Of a stretch of 64,000 bases of DNA, positions 18,001-29,767 are shown piece by piece. The stretch lies in contig OZ024754.1 of the NCBI GenBank assembly GCA_964016885.1, forward strand, positions 28,644,001-28,708,000, read 5' to 3'. The translations under genes and the position numbers were made by a program. Source of the DNA: Eledone cirrhosa (taxonomy: Eukaryota). The notes under the pieces were generated by a model. The model saw only the letters and a program-made list of their open reading frames with translations. It was not told where the DNA came from and made no database searches. How positions within the stretch are numbered: position 1 is the first letter of the stretch; every line of letters starts with the position of its first letter.

Positions 18001-19950
18001 TCCACCACTACTACCACCACAATACAATAACACCCTGAACAGTAACTCCACCACTACTACCACCACCATACAATAACACCCTGAACAGTAACTCCACCAC
18101 TACTACCAACACCATACAATAACACCCTGAACACTAACTCCACCACTACTACCAACACCATACAATAACATCCTGAACACTAACTCCACCACTAATACCA
18201 CCACCATACAATAACACCCTGAACAGTAACTCCACCACTACTACCACCACCATACACTAACACCCTGAACAGTAACTCCACCACTACTACCACCACCATA
18301 CAATAACACCCTGAACAGTAACTCCACCACTACTACCAACACCATACAATAACACCCTGAACACTAACTCCGCCACTACTACCAACACCATACACTAACA
18401 CCCTGAACAGTAACTCTACCACTACTACCACCACCATACAATAACACCCTGAACACTAACTCCACCACTACTACCACCACCATACACTAACACCCTGAAC
18501 ACTAACTCCACCACTACTACCACCACCATACAATAACACCCTGAACACTAACTCCACCACTACTACCAACACCATACAATAACACCCTGAACACTAACTC
18601 CACCACTACTACCAACACCATACAATAACATCCTGAACACTAACTCCACCACTAATACCACCACCATACAATAACACCCTGAACAGTAACTCCACCACTA
18701 CTACCACCACCATACACTAACACCCTGAACAGTAACTCCACCACTACTACCACCACCATACAATAACACCCTGAACAGTAACTCCACCACTACTACCAAC
18801 ACCATACAATAACACCCTGAACACTAACTCCACCACTACTACCAACACCATACACTCACACCCTGAACAGTAACTCTACCACTACTACCACCACCATACA
18901 ATAACACCCTGAACACTAACTCCACCACTACTACCACCACCATACACTAACACCCTGAACACTAACTCCACCACTACTACCACCACCATACAATAACACC
19001 CTGAACACTAACTCCACCACTACTACCAACACCATACACTAACACCCTGAACAGTAACTCCACCACTACTACCACCACCATACAATAACATCCTGAACAC
19101 TAACTCCACCACTACTACCAACACCATACACTAACACCCTGAACATTAACTCCACCACTACTACCACCACCATACAATAACACCCTGAACACTAACTCCA
19201 CCACTACTACCACCACCATACAATAACACCCTGAACACTAACTCCACCACTACTACCACCACCATACAATAACACCCTGAACACTAACTCCACCACTACT
19301 ACCACCACCATACAATAACACCCTGAACACTAACTCCACCACTACTACCAACACCATACACTAACACCCTGAACAGTAACTCCACCACTACTACCACCAC
19401 CATACAATAACATCCTGAACACTAACTCCACCACTACTACCAACACCATACACTAACACCCTGAACATTAACTCCACCACTACTACCACCACCATACAAT
19501 AACACCCTGAACACTAACTCCACCACTACTACCACCACCATACAATAACACCCTGAACATTAACTCCACCACTACTACCACCACCATACAATAACACCCT
19601 GAACACTAACTCCACCACTACTACCACCACCATACAATAACACCCTGAACACTAACTCCACCACTACTACCACCACCATACAATAACACCCTGAACACTA
19701 ACTCCACCACTACTACCACCACCATACAATAACACCCTGAACACTAACTCCACCACTACTACCACCACCATACAATAACACCCTGAACACTAACTCCACC
19801 ACTACTACCACCACCATACAATAACACCCTGAACACTAACTCCACCACTACTACCACCACCATACAATAACACCCTGAACACTAACTCCACCACTACTAC
19901 CACCACCATACAATAACACCCTGAACACTAACTCCACCACTACTACCAAC
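1..19950. repeat. 46-bp tandem satellite array (~430 units, runs off the left edge), consensus AACACCCTGAACAGTAACTCCACCACTACTACCACCACCATACAAT, with higher-order repeats
   Basis: Unit read directly. Recurrent variants (CAGT/CACT, ACC/ATC, CAC/AAC) recur in blocks. Identical marker ORFs at 2363, 4249, 6595, 8481 and 10321 are spaced by exact multiples of 46 (41, 51, 41 and 40 units). Confidence 0.98.
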
Positions 19951-20214
19951 ACACACTACACTAACACCACACACAACATCAGCATAACTAGCCACCATAC
20001 CAACAACAAGCACATTTCTAACAGCACTATAATCATCATCATCAGCAACAACAACAACAGTACCAAAATCACTAGCCACAATAACCATAACACTAACAAC
20101 AACATCAACATCAACACCATTTGGAATGTGTGGGGTGTGAGTTAACTGATCAATGTGTTATGGGTGGTCCTCTGCCAAATGTTTTAGTTACCTCTGATGA
20201 TATATATATATATA

Positions 20215-21180
20215 CTAGCAGTGTATCCCGGCGTTGCACGGGTAAGAACATTGGTAATAGCACCTCCAACGAGAAACGTTTATTTGTGAGTGCCTGTTAA
20301 AAACTCAAGAAAATATACCGACAGGAAACTTGTTTTATTTGGAGAAAATTAAGAAGTTGAAAGTACAGTTTAGCTGTCTACGGGCATTGTTCATAGAAAT
20401 ATTGTTGAGCCCCTTCTTTTCATACTCCTCTGTTTTGGACTTTTGGAGTAAATGTGAAAAAGAAAGTCACAGGTTAAGTTGGCAGAAGGTTCCAGTGCAA
20501 TAGCAGTAAGGTGTAGGCTACTTACCTCAAAAGTTCATTCGCACTCTTTCCACTAAGTTACTCTTTCTCTCTATCCCTCTCGGTGTAGTCCCTTGCGAAT
20601 TTCTTGCGTAGGCCTGGTGTAGATTTGCACCTGATCCACCTCCCCGATGCACATATCCGCTTTGTACGGCTTTTGGAGGAAGGAGTGACCAGCAGTACGT
20701 TGTTTGATATTATTACGAAAAGGTGTAGCAGAGAATCCCGCATGAAGTAACAGCTCGGGAGGAAACTGCTTACCTCGAAGATTCATTTGCCATTGTTCTT
20801 GTCAATGCTCCGTTTAGTTGGTATTTGTTGATCTACAGTTAGATGAATGGCACACAAAGGGTTAATGTTTATTGGCAAGAAGTGCAACTGGGCTGGCTTG
20901 CCTCGCTTTTATTATATATTAAAATAACAGATTAAAGTTTAAGCAAAGAATCGCTGCTTTCACCCTTAATGGGATCATCTGAAACTAAAAAAATCAATCT
21001 GTGAACACAGAAGTAAATATTTCGAAAAACGTTGCAACCGAAGGAAAACAAGAAGACGATACTTTGGTTCGGGAAGACGTTCCCTGGCAATGAACGGAAG
21101 ATAGTGAACATAATACGTCATCAATGTTTGTCAGAATGTCATAGTGCAGACAGACAGATATTATAAAGGCGTGACGGAGA
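20215..21180 (-). mobile_element. Non-autonomous Helitron-like element; 3' end at 20215, other boundary approximate
   Basis: Minus strand reads CCCGTGCAACGCCGGG hairpin + ATACACTG + CTAG followed by T in a (TA)n run, the canonical Helitron 3' end. A short (CTGT)n tract lies near the putative 5' end (~21146-21158). Confidence 0.6.
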
Positions 21181-21322
21181 TTGATAACCAGCGCCTAACA
21201 CCCCTTTAACAACAGAAAATTGAAAAATAAAAGCTGCAGTTAATATCTTTAGACACACACACTCACATCTGCCAGGAGTTGTGAGGAGCAAATATCAGCA
21301 ATGGAAATCCAATGGGAGCATA

Positions 21323-21520
21323 CAAAGGTCAGCTGAAAAGTTCATAGGCTGACCAAGATACTCTCATGGAATGACCAAATGAGGTATATTTCTCAACATA
21401 CTCTCTGGAAAGAAGCAATGTAGTTATTAATAAGAAGCATTGAAATTTATACATACCAGATTTCACAGCTCTAGAATCACTCCTTCATAGTCAGCCTATG
21501 AACTTTTCAGCTGACCCTTA
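21323..21520. mobile_element. Mariner-type MITE
   Basis: ~29-bp TIRs CAAAGGTCAGCTGAAAAGTTCATAGGCTGAC / GTCAGCCTATGAACTTTTCAGCTGACCCTTA flanked by TA on both sides. Confidence 0.85.
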
Positions 21521-22147
21521 TAGTTTGTTTGGTCCAATCTTTCATTTTTCCTATTTAATTGAAATTGTAACCAGTGAAAGCAGAATAATAATTATTTCTA
21601 TATTTGGCTCAAGTCAGCAATTTGAAGGGGAGGGAAAGTCGATTAAATTGATCCCAGTGGGTTACTGGTACTTTATTTTATCATTCCCATAAGGATGAAA
21701 GGTAGAGTTAACCTTGGCAGGATTTAAAATCAAAACATTAAGGGACATAACTCCACGGTGTGAAGCATGGTGCCTGCCATTCTACCAATACAATTCCACC
21801 AGCCAGAATAATAATGATAGAGAGTGTGGCTTAGTTTAAGTTACCTAACACAGTCTATATGTGTTTTGTTCTAGATTATATAATCCAAACAAGCTTCAAC
21901 TACTATCTCTTCAACCATGTAAACATCAATTTCATTAACATCTCTTAAACAGTCATTTCTATAGAGTTTCTCTTTCTCACAGATCTCCACGTACTGGCTG
22001 TTTGTATCTGAAGAATTAAAACAGAAAGATATTCATATATACACATACAGAGATTTATACACAGATACTCACACACATGTATATATATATATATATAGAA
22101 AGAAAGAGATATACTCTAATGTGCACACAACACCCCATATATATATA

Positions 22148-22333
22148 TCATCATCATCATCATCATCATCATTTTACGTCCGCTTTTCCCTGCTTGCAAG
22201 GGTGGGACGGGTCTTATTCAGCACAGCATCTCTCCACTCGTCACAGTCCCTCGTCATCTCCACCGTGAGCTTCAATGATCTGAGGTCTGTTCTCACCACC
22301 TCCGCCCATGTTTTTCGTGGTCTACCTCTACCA
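22148..22333 (-). mobile_element. 3' fragment of RTE-type LINE with (ATG)n tail
   Basis: Minus strand encodes GRGRPRKTWAEVVRTDLRSLKLTVEMTRDCDEWRDAV, homologous to the C-terminus of the ORF at 52125-53564. It ends CCCTTGCAAGCAGGGAAAAGCGGACGTAAAATGATGATG and is near-identical to 45998-46178. Confidence 0.9.
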
Positions 22334-22614
22334 TCATATATATATAAATGTAAACTTATACACACAAAGACATATGTAGTAAAATGTACCACATGTTTAT
22401 TATCTAATACAATAGCCAAGTTTTGTTGATATTTCTGCATGTTTGTTCTCATTTCTAGATGTTAATAATGGAACAGTAAATAGGTTAAGGTGTTGTTAGA
22501 CACTATGTCTACATTTAATGGATATATATACACATATACACACATATATATATATATATATACACACATATATATATATATATACACACATATATATATA
22601 TATTTGTGTGTGTG

Positions 22615-22643
<29 letters not shown>

Positions 22644-22646
<3 letters not shown>

Positions 22647-23026
22647 AATTAATAAAAATAATGAATAAAAACAAAGAAACAGTTCCTTATATTAAAAAAT
22701 TCATCATTTTACGATCGTTTCTAGGATATATATTTGTGTGTTGGTATGTATATCATATAGATCTATGTAAAAGTTTTACAAACTATCAGAGGGAATATAC
22801 ATACCTACACTATATATGATGTCTTCAGAAATAATTATTTCTGAAGACATCATATATATGTGTAGGTATGTATATTCCCTCTGATAGTTTGTAAAACTTT
22901 TACATAGATCTATATGATATACATACCAACACACAAATATATATCCTAGAAACGATCGTAAAATGATGAATTTTTTAATATAAGGAACTGTTTCTTTGTT
23001 TTTATTCATTATTTTTATTAATTTAT
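22644..23026. repeat. Near-perfect spacerless palindrome (~191-bp arms, centre 22834/22835) next to (TA)n; probable fold-back Penelope-like terminal repeat
   Basis: Arms are reverse complements with one indel; apex is CAGAAATAA|TTATTTCTG. The right arm continues into a unique tail to ~23157, then (TA)n. Confidence 0.9.
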
Positions 23027-23174
23027 CTTGACTCTGTTTTCCTGTGTTTTTCATCGAAAAAATTTTGAATACATCTTCTCTTTTCATGATATTTGGATTA
23101 CATTGAGTTCTTCATACGGATTGGACACTACCGTATATTTTGGTAGATTTATCTACATATATATATATATATGT

Positions 23175-24585
23175 AATATACAATGATATTAAATAAATAG
23201 AAACTATATTTATAAAACCATATTTATTCTATTATATATATTTCAAGGGTACCAACAATTTTGGTACGCTATCATCAGATAAAATACAAAATGTTTTATA
23301 AATATTTGACATGACCAAGGATAATATACCTTAATGGTTCAAGTTATCCCTGGAAAGTGAAAGGAAGAGAGAAGAAAAGTCAGATATTTAAAATTATTAA
23401 TATGAGTATGCAAATGATGTGTATATTAAAGGGCTGAAAAGACGTTATTTTAGACGCTATGGACAATTTAAATATTTATGATAAGAGAAAAGAATAATGT
23501 TAATTTGGGGGACAAGATTTTTGTTACCTATATTATGAGTTATAAAATTATATGAAGAATTATGGTTGTAAGTATTTTTATCTTATTACATTAGGATAGG
23601 TTATATGTATATAAATATCTATATATATATTTTAATAATAGCATATATGTTTTTTTATAATATGAGTTACGAAGGATGTTGATTTATAAATAAATAAAAA
23701 TAATAAATAGGTGTTTGTTCCTAATATAAGTTACTAGGGATGTTGATTTTATGTAAATAAATAGGTAGTTACAATTTATAACGTTAAATTAACGGAGTTA
23801 TGTATAAAAAGTTTTTATGATTGAAAGAAGGAAAGATAACTCCAATTTTTTTTATTAATTGCTAGTGTGGGATTAATTATTTATTCTAAAGAAATATGAA
23901 TATTTAAACATCATCCTGAATAGGATACATTTGACTAAAAACAGTTAATGGTTATTAATATTCATTTAAAAATTAGCTTTAGAGGGTGTCATTAGAAAAA
24001 TAAAGCTTTAGAGGGTGTCATTAGAGAAATAAAAAATTAAGAAAAAAGAATTAAAGAATTTTTAAAGAATTAAAATTAAAATTAGAATTATATAGAAGTA
24101 CATAAATATCTATACATACACACGTATATATATTATAAGAAATTTTAAAGATATTATGATATTAAGATATTAATATATTAAAAGTATTAAATGTTAGAGC
24201 AGATAAGATCATTTTGGAGATTAATAGGAATATTATAAGTATATTATAAGTTACATATACTTCTGAATGTAGAATTTTGGCGATGTCTGCAACAACTAAA
24301 TATTTCTGTTCTATAAACTATATTTTTATCTAAACACTTATTTTGTAAAGGGCAGTTTGATTTGATTTTACAGTTACATTTTACAGAGTTGTTGTTGCTC
24401 AGAACAGTACTATTATACTGGATATTGCTAGAAATATTATTCTTACTATTATGGTTATTTTGGTTAGGGTTTAAATTTAAGTTTCTATTATTAATTCTAT
24501 TTATATTTTGTGCTATGTTCATAGTAGTAGAGAGGATAGTTTTATAGTATGTCTGTTAAAGTGGTATCTGCAGGATTTAATCTGT
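23175..24585 (-). mobile_element. Internally deleted Penelope-like element (ORF remnant + AT-rich 3' region + hammerhead-bearing terminal repeat)
   Basis: Minus strand gives RYHFNRHTIKLS..TTMNIAQNINRINN...KCNCKIKSNCPLQNKCLDKNIVYRTEI, then jumps to SCCRHRQN*. This matches the RT-thumb/Cys linker/start of the GIY-YIG domain and the extreme C-terminus of Penelope-like elements. A hammerhead lies downstream at 23225-23286. Confidence 0.7.
23225..23286 (-). ncRNA. Minimal type-I hammerhead ribozyme (family A)
   Basis: Minus strand: UAUUUUAU-CUGAUGA-uagcGUACCAaaauugUUGGUACccuu-GAAA-UAUAUA-UA-AUAGAAUA. Stem I, catalytic core, stem II and palindromic stem III are all present. Confidence 0.8.
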
Positions 24586-25430
24586 TGACTGCCGCATATA
24601 TTTTACACAGCTACAGTTTTTTTTCAGTAAAATGACTATTTTTTTAAACAGACATTTATTAACAGCACAAATTTATTTGGTAACCCTATGTCACATCTAA
24701 ATTATTGACAAACATCACATCAATAAACTAGTAACCGCATCTAGCTTCGAAGTTCTGAACTGTTGGAAATGAGTTATCTCATCTGTGGCACTGGAATGCA
24801 TACATGTTAGGACAAGTTATCTCATCTATGGCATTGAAGAGGTTACACTCATAATGTAAAGAGCCAGGACATATACTGCAAAGCATTCTGTCCAACACGC
24901 TAAGAATTCTGCCAATCTGCCATCTTGGCATTTATTAATAATAAGATTGTTTTCATCATCATCATCATTGTTGTTTTAACGGCCGCTTTCCCTGCTAGCT
25001 AGGATTATTCCTCATTATGTTGTACATTGTTTTAACACAGAAAGTTGCTAATTATATATCTTTTACAGTAAACCAAGGATCTTTAGATGCTTTGCTATGA
25101 TGTGAAGTACTACATAAACTTTATATAGAAATGAGAGAATATATCTAAAAGGTTAAATCTGCACATTTGTAAGGAATCTTTTTGACACCAATGTATTGTA
25201 TCTTGTGTTCTTGTTAGTCAAGTGAAACTGAATAAAAATTTAAGTACCAAATTGAAGAAATTTATTTTAATGACTAAAGTAAAAGGATAACGAATTATTT
25301 TCAGGTTTGCAAGCACAGTGTCTTTGGCTCAATCCCTTTGTGGCTTAAAATAGTATTTATAATATATCTATGTTAATAATTTACACATTCAGATAAATTT
25401 ACACATTCAGATAAATTTTAAGAAAGACTG

Positions 25431-25463
<33 letters not shown>

Positions 25464-26134
25464 TTGAATGGTTAGGATGTTTACTACCCTATGTCAAAAT
25501 GATGGTTTGGACCCACTTTGTGACACCTTAGGTGTCTTTCTCCTATTATGACTTTATTTCAACTTGAATCTTGGGTGCACAGAGCCAAGACAGAAATCAC
25601 AATGTATCACATTCAAGGCTCTAACGATCCTGCCATCCACCGCTCTGAACCAGTACTTTATTTGTCAACACTGAGAAGATAAAAGGCAAAGTTGATCTTG
25701 GTGGGATTTTGAAGTCAAATTTCAGAGAGCTGGCACAAACACCACAAAGCATTTGATCTTATGAACTACTGATTCTGCAAATCCATCACATTTTATTTAG
25801 TAGTTGATATCTAACTGCCGGAAACTGCTCCTGGTTCTAGCTTACAAAAATTATTGTTTCCTAATATTTATGTTTATCTAAAAAAACCTTCCATTATAAA
25901 ATTTGAAAGCCACGACAATGCGAAATGGATGAACAAGAAAATAAGACGAAGCAAGATGTCATGTGTTACCTTGTTTATTTATCAGTCCTGATATTTCAAG
26001 ATAAATTCTCTTCTTTGGAGGGAAATAGCAAGGGACTAGTCTGGATTTGGTGAAACTCACTAGACCATGCTGCTGGAATATACCATGCGCAATGCTTCAA
26101 ACAAACAACTTCCTCCTATCGTTCCATTATAATT

Positions 26135-26268
26135 TTACGTCCCTTTACGATCTGAGTTCAAATCCCGCCGAGGTTGACTTTGCCTTTCATCCTTACGGGG
26201 TCGATAAAATAAAGTACCAGTAATGCACTGGATAATTGCTGGCCTTGTGCCTAAAGTAGAAACAATTA
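26135..26268 (+). mobile_element. tRNA-derived SINE family A (5'-truncated), central domain resembling Meta/MESC-type SINEs
   Basis: B-box GAGTTCAAATCC, then GACTTTGCCTTTCATCCTTACGGGGTCGATAAAATAAAGTACCAG. Flanked by an ATTATAATTTTA(C/T)GTC duplication. Degenerate copies at ~21640-21800, ~25650-25790 and ~36515-36585. Confidence 0.85.
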
Positions 26269-27057
26269 TAATTTTATGTCAGAATGTCCATTATGTTCCA
26301 TACACCAACTTAACAAGATAGTTGGTTATATCATTAAATCCCTTCAAATTATTTTCAAAATTATTTGAAAACCACGGACATTATGCTAATGAGAAAGGTT
26401 AGGTTTTAAATTTTTATTTATCAGATAATTATAACAAAGAAAAGACCCTATGATGAACTGGCATGTTCAAATATTTTGTACAATATTTTAGTATTTTTTC
26501 TTATTCCTTTTACATGCTTCTTCTTATCTATTTTCTGATTATCAAAGAGTGTTTTCCTCCTAGACATATGCTATAATCATACTTCAGTTGAGTAGACACT
26601 GTAGATAAGGGATCCATATCTAAAGCTGCACATTCTTGTAATAATTAATTGCTGTGCTTTCTTAAGTTAATGGTGTATAATTTGAATTTTCTTTTAACTG
26701 GGAGAGGAGATGGGTTGTGGAATATCTGTAGAAAATATATTTAAAGCAATTACCCTCAATGTCAAACTGTAGTGGTTGTTACAGGGAATAACTCACTGGT
26801 TGTAGCTTCCCATACAATATTATAGCCAAAGGAATGTCAAAAACAATCATAATAGGTTATGCAAACACCAATATTTTGCACTAATTTGTGTTTTCATTAG
26901 ACTGTTTCAGAAGCTATGATGCATTTTTAGTTGTTATAATTAATGTATTTGAGTACACCAAAGGTCTCAGTCAGCATCTTTAAGTTAGGGAAACACTTTA
27001 TTATGGATTAATTTAAATAAGATAGAATTATGCCAAGGTTTTGCACACAGAGAAAAT

Positions 27058-27195
27058 AATTGTTTCTACTTTTGGCACAAGGCCAGCAATTTCCCAGTAC
27101 ATTACTGGTACTTTATTTTATCGACCCCGTAAGGATGAAAGGCAAAGTTAACCTCGGCGGGATTTGAACTCAAAATGGCAAGGGCCGTAACTCTA
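27058..27195 (-). mobile_element. SINE family A copy
   Basis: Reverse complement of 26135-26268. Confidence 0.85.
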
Positions 27196-27368
27196 TGCAT
27201 CAAATGTAAGGAAATAATCCAAGCCTTACCACATTTATACAAAAATAGTCTCTTCCACCTTTAAACATTTTATTACTGAATTTTTAATGGGATAGTTTTC
27301 ATTTTAATTAATATGGTTCTTACATAAAGTTATATTGAAAGGTTTTGATTTCAACAGGAGCCATTTAA

Positions 27369-27560
27369 CCCTTTAACATTTACATTACCCTATATTTACT
27401 ATCATATTTTCATGGTAAAGGCTTTACCTCAGGCTTTACATAATATGAGATTTTGATATTATTTATTTTGAGAACAATACCTTAACATCAGTATGAGCGG
27501 CTGGTTGCAGCCAGTTTGAATAGAAAGATTTCAGATACAGCTGGTTAAAATGCTAAAGGG
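27369..27560. mobile_element. piggyBac-type (TTAA) MITE
   Basis: TTAA|CCCTTTAACATTT...AAATGCTAAAGGG|TTAA. Same family at 35060-35267, 36881-37082 and 38614-38830. Confidence 0.85.
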
Positions 27561-28040
27561 TTAAAATGGGTGGCTTTGAGCATGTCGTATGAAAACAGTG
27601 AAATAAATTACAACTAAAGAATGAAAGTAAATATATCAAGAATTCAAGTCATCCAAAATACTTAACAATGAGTGTTTAAGACCATTTTCTTTACTAAAGC
27701 AGGGATTAACCTTCTTATATCCACGACAGACTCCATACTCACATATGTTTCCTCCAAAGTAATTCATGTCAGCATCTATTTTATCTATCAACAGGAATCC
27801 TGTTTAAGATACTATATATTCATCTCTACCTGTCATTATTTTTGCAGGTAACAGGTCTTAGATATTAAATTTGCCTTTCTCACTCAATTTTTGCAGAAAC
27901 TAGACACTACATATTTATGTCCCCCCTCTCCATCCCTCTATCTATCTTTCTATCTATCTATCCATCTATCCATCTATCTATCTATCTTTGCATGTACTAT
28001 ATTTTCAATATTATGCATTTATTTCTCTCTTTCTTTGTAG

Positions 28041-28142
28041 GAACCATCTCTGTTTGCTGTAGCTAAACTTCTTGAGACAGGACTTGTTAATTTGTCCAGA
28101 GTTGAAGTTCTATGGAAGCCTGTGACAGCTCATCTTTTAGAG
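28041..28142 (+). CDS. MON2: Internal coding exon of MON2 homolog (endosome-to-Golgi trafficking regulator), [34 protein letters not shown]
   Basis: Polypyrimidine tract + TAG acceptor ending at 28040 and GT donor at 28143; 102 bp, phase 0/0, no stops. The peptide closely matches metazoan MON2 as I recall it ([27 protein letters not shown]); not database-verified. Confidence 0.88.
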
Positions 28143-28816
28143 GTTTGCAAACTTTACATTATTACATAACATTTTAGATATTCAGGAAAATAATTGGTTT
28201 TTCAGATTGAAAAACAAAAAAAAAAGTGAAATAATAGAATTTGATTTTATTCTTTTTGATGATATTTCAACATCTCTTAACCTAAATTGGAATCAAAACG
28301 TTCGATTTTCTCAATCTTGTTTTACTTATAGTAAAAAAAAAAATTGCCTTTTTTTTCTTCTATTACAATGTCATTCTTTTCTTAATATTTTGAAACCTTT
28401 TTTTGTTGTTGTTGATATTATTAACACATCTTTTAGTTAATTATTCTTGGAATCAATGTTACCTCTCATTTTTACCAATGAAGGTTTGATGCTCAGAGCA
28501 AACAATATTTCAATAATTTAGAGCTACTTGAGTGGTAATGTTTTTAATGAATTAAAAACACCAATACAACAACTGCATGCCCGTGCATCTGCACAGCCTT
28601 GAGGGAATATTTCTTCATATCAATTTTTTCCTTGTTCTACAATATTTAAAATTGTACAGATTTAAAATGTCAGTACTCTCTCTTGGGACCATGGGGTAAC
28701 ACTCACTTGGAGTTTTGCACTTCAGATAGATGAGACAAACAAATGATTGTGACTACCTTTCATTAGTTGATCTATGCTGCTACGGTTAGTTACTATATAT
28801 GTATGAATTTGTGTGT

Positions 28817-28860
<44 letters not shown>

Positions 28861-28863
<3 letters not shown>

Positions 28864-28974
28864 GGAATGAGTAGGACCCCGAAGGCTGAGCTCAAGCCGT
28901 TTCGACGGCTAATTCTGGACAATTAGCCGTTGAAACGGCTTGAGCTCAGCCGTCGGGGTCCTACTCGTTCCTAT
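28861..28974. repeat. Fold-back hairpin (54-bp arms, CTGGAC loop) with unique tail to ~29052, bounded by (TA)n
   Basis: ATAGGAATGAGTAGGACCCCGAAGGCTGAGCTCAAGCCGTTTCGACGGCTAATT and its reverse complement with about 3 mismatches. Confidence 0.9.
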
Positions 28975-29102
28975 TACCCACTCTACCTCCCTAAGTATTG
29001 AGTACTTTGGTGCGTTATGGTCCACCTGGTTCCTTACCACATTTCTTCCGTTATATATATATATATACAATATTAATAAATGGAAACTATATTTATAAAA
29101 CC

Positions 29103-29169
29103 ATATTTATTATATATATTTCAAGCGCAACCAAGGCAAATTATGGTGCGCTTTCATCAGATAAAATAC
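29103..29169 (-). ncRNA. Hammerhead ribozyme (family A, left arm)
   Basis: Minus strand: GUAUUUUAU-CUGAUGA-AAGCGCACCAuaauuugccuUGGUUGCGCUU-GAAA-UAUAUA-UA-AUAAAUAU. Confidence 0.8.
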
Positions 29170-29300
29170 AGATTTGTTTTATAAATAAATATTGACATAC
29201 CCGGAAAAAAAGACAACCTTAACGGTTGGAGCTTCCTGGATAAACCGTTAAGGTTGTCTTTTTTTCCGGGTATGCCAATATTTATTTATAAAACAAATCT

Positions 29301-29367
29301 GTATTTTATCTGATGAAAGCACACCATAATTTGCCTTGGTTGCCCTTGAAATATATATAATAAATAT
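29301..29367 (+). ncRNA. Hammerhead ribozyme (family A, right arm)
   Basis: GTATTTTAT-CTGATGA(29310-16)-stem II-GAAA(29348-51)-TATATA-TA-ATAAATAT. Confidence 0.78.
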
Positions 29368-29722
29368 AGTTTCCATTTATTAATATATTGTGTATTTACT
29401 CCACTAAACTGTTGAGTGCTTTATATCAGTTATAAACATTTTTAAGCTTGTTGAATCCCAACAAATTAAATATAACCTCTGAATATATATATATATATAT
29501 TTCGTTTCTGAATTTGTTTAGCAAGATTCTTTATCTGAAATCGTGTGTTGAAACCGATATTGTTATACTTTGGGAGGGTCATGTTGCCAATAAGAAACAC
29601 ACGCACCAGTTGCTTTCACTTCAATTTATTATATATTTATAAATTTATAAATTTACAAATTTACAAACTCATAAATTTCTGGTTGGTTGGTTGGTTCCAC
29701 AACCAGATAGTTGTTTATATAT

Positions 29723-29767
29723 AGTCATAGTCCTTTCGTCACACACTCTGTGACCTCTTCAGTGACT
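29723..29767 (-). ncRNA. Hammerhead ribozyme (family B, inverted arm)
   Basis: Reverse complement of 30787-30831. Confidence 0.8.

Larger units (their letters stand above)
29068..29391. mobile_element. Fold-back element (~155-bp arms, 15-nt loop at 29228-29242) made of two inverted family-A hammerhead-bearing terminal repeats
   Basis: Arms are reverse complements with a few substitutions and one short deletion in the right arm. The sequence is homologous to 23175-23340 and 49225-49390. Confidence 0.9.

Noticed and set aside
1-19950. Satellite as a CRISPR array or telomeric repeat
   Set aside because: There are no unique spacers, no cas genes and no TTAGGG-type unit, and the context is eukaryotic.
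20558-20860. Short ORFs and an LTVDQQIPTK string as piggyBac transposase
   Set aside because: The match is too short, sits adjacent to a putative terminus, and no further transposase motifs are present.
22841-22890. CTGAAGA near the palindrome apex as a complete hammerhead
   Set aside because: No GAAA box or closing stem I follows, so it was not counted.
25298-25355. TTTCAG|GTTTGCAAGCAC (VCKH) as the next MON2 exon
   Set aside because: It lies upstream of the supported exon, and the following residues do not resemble MON2.
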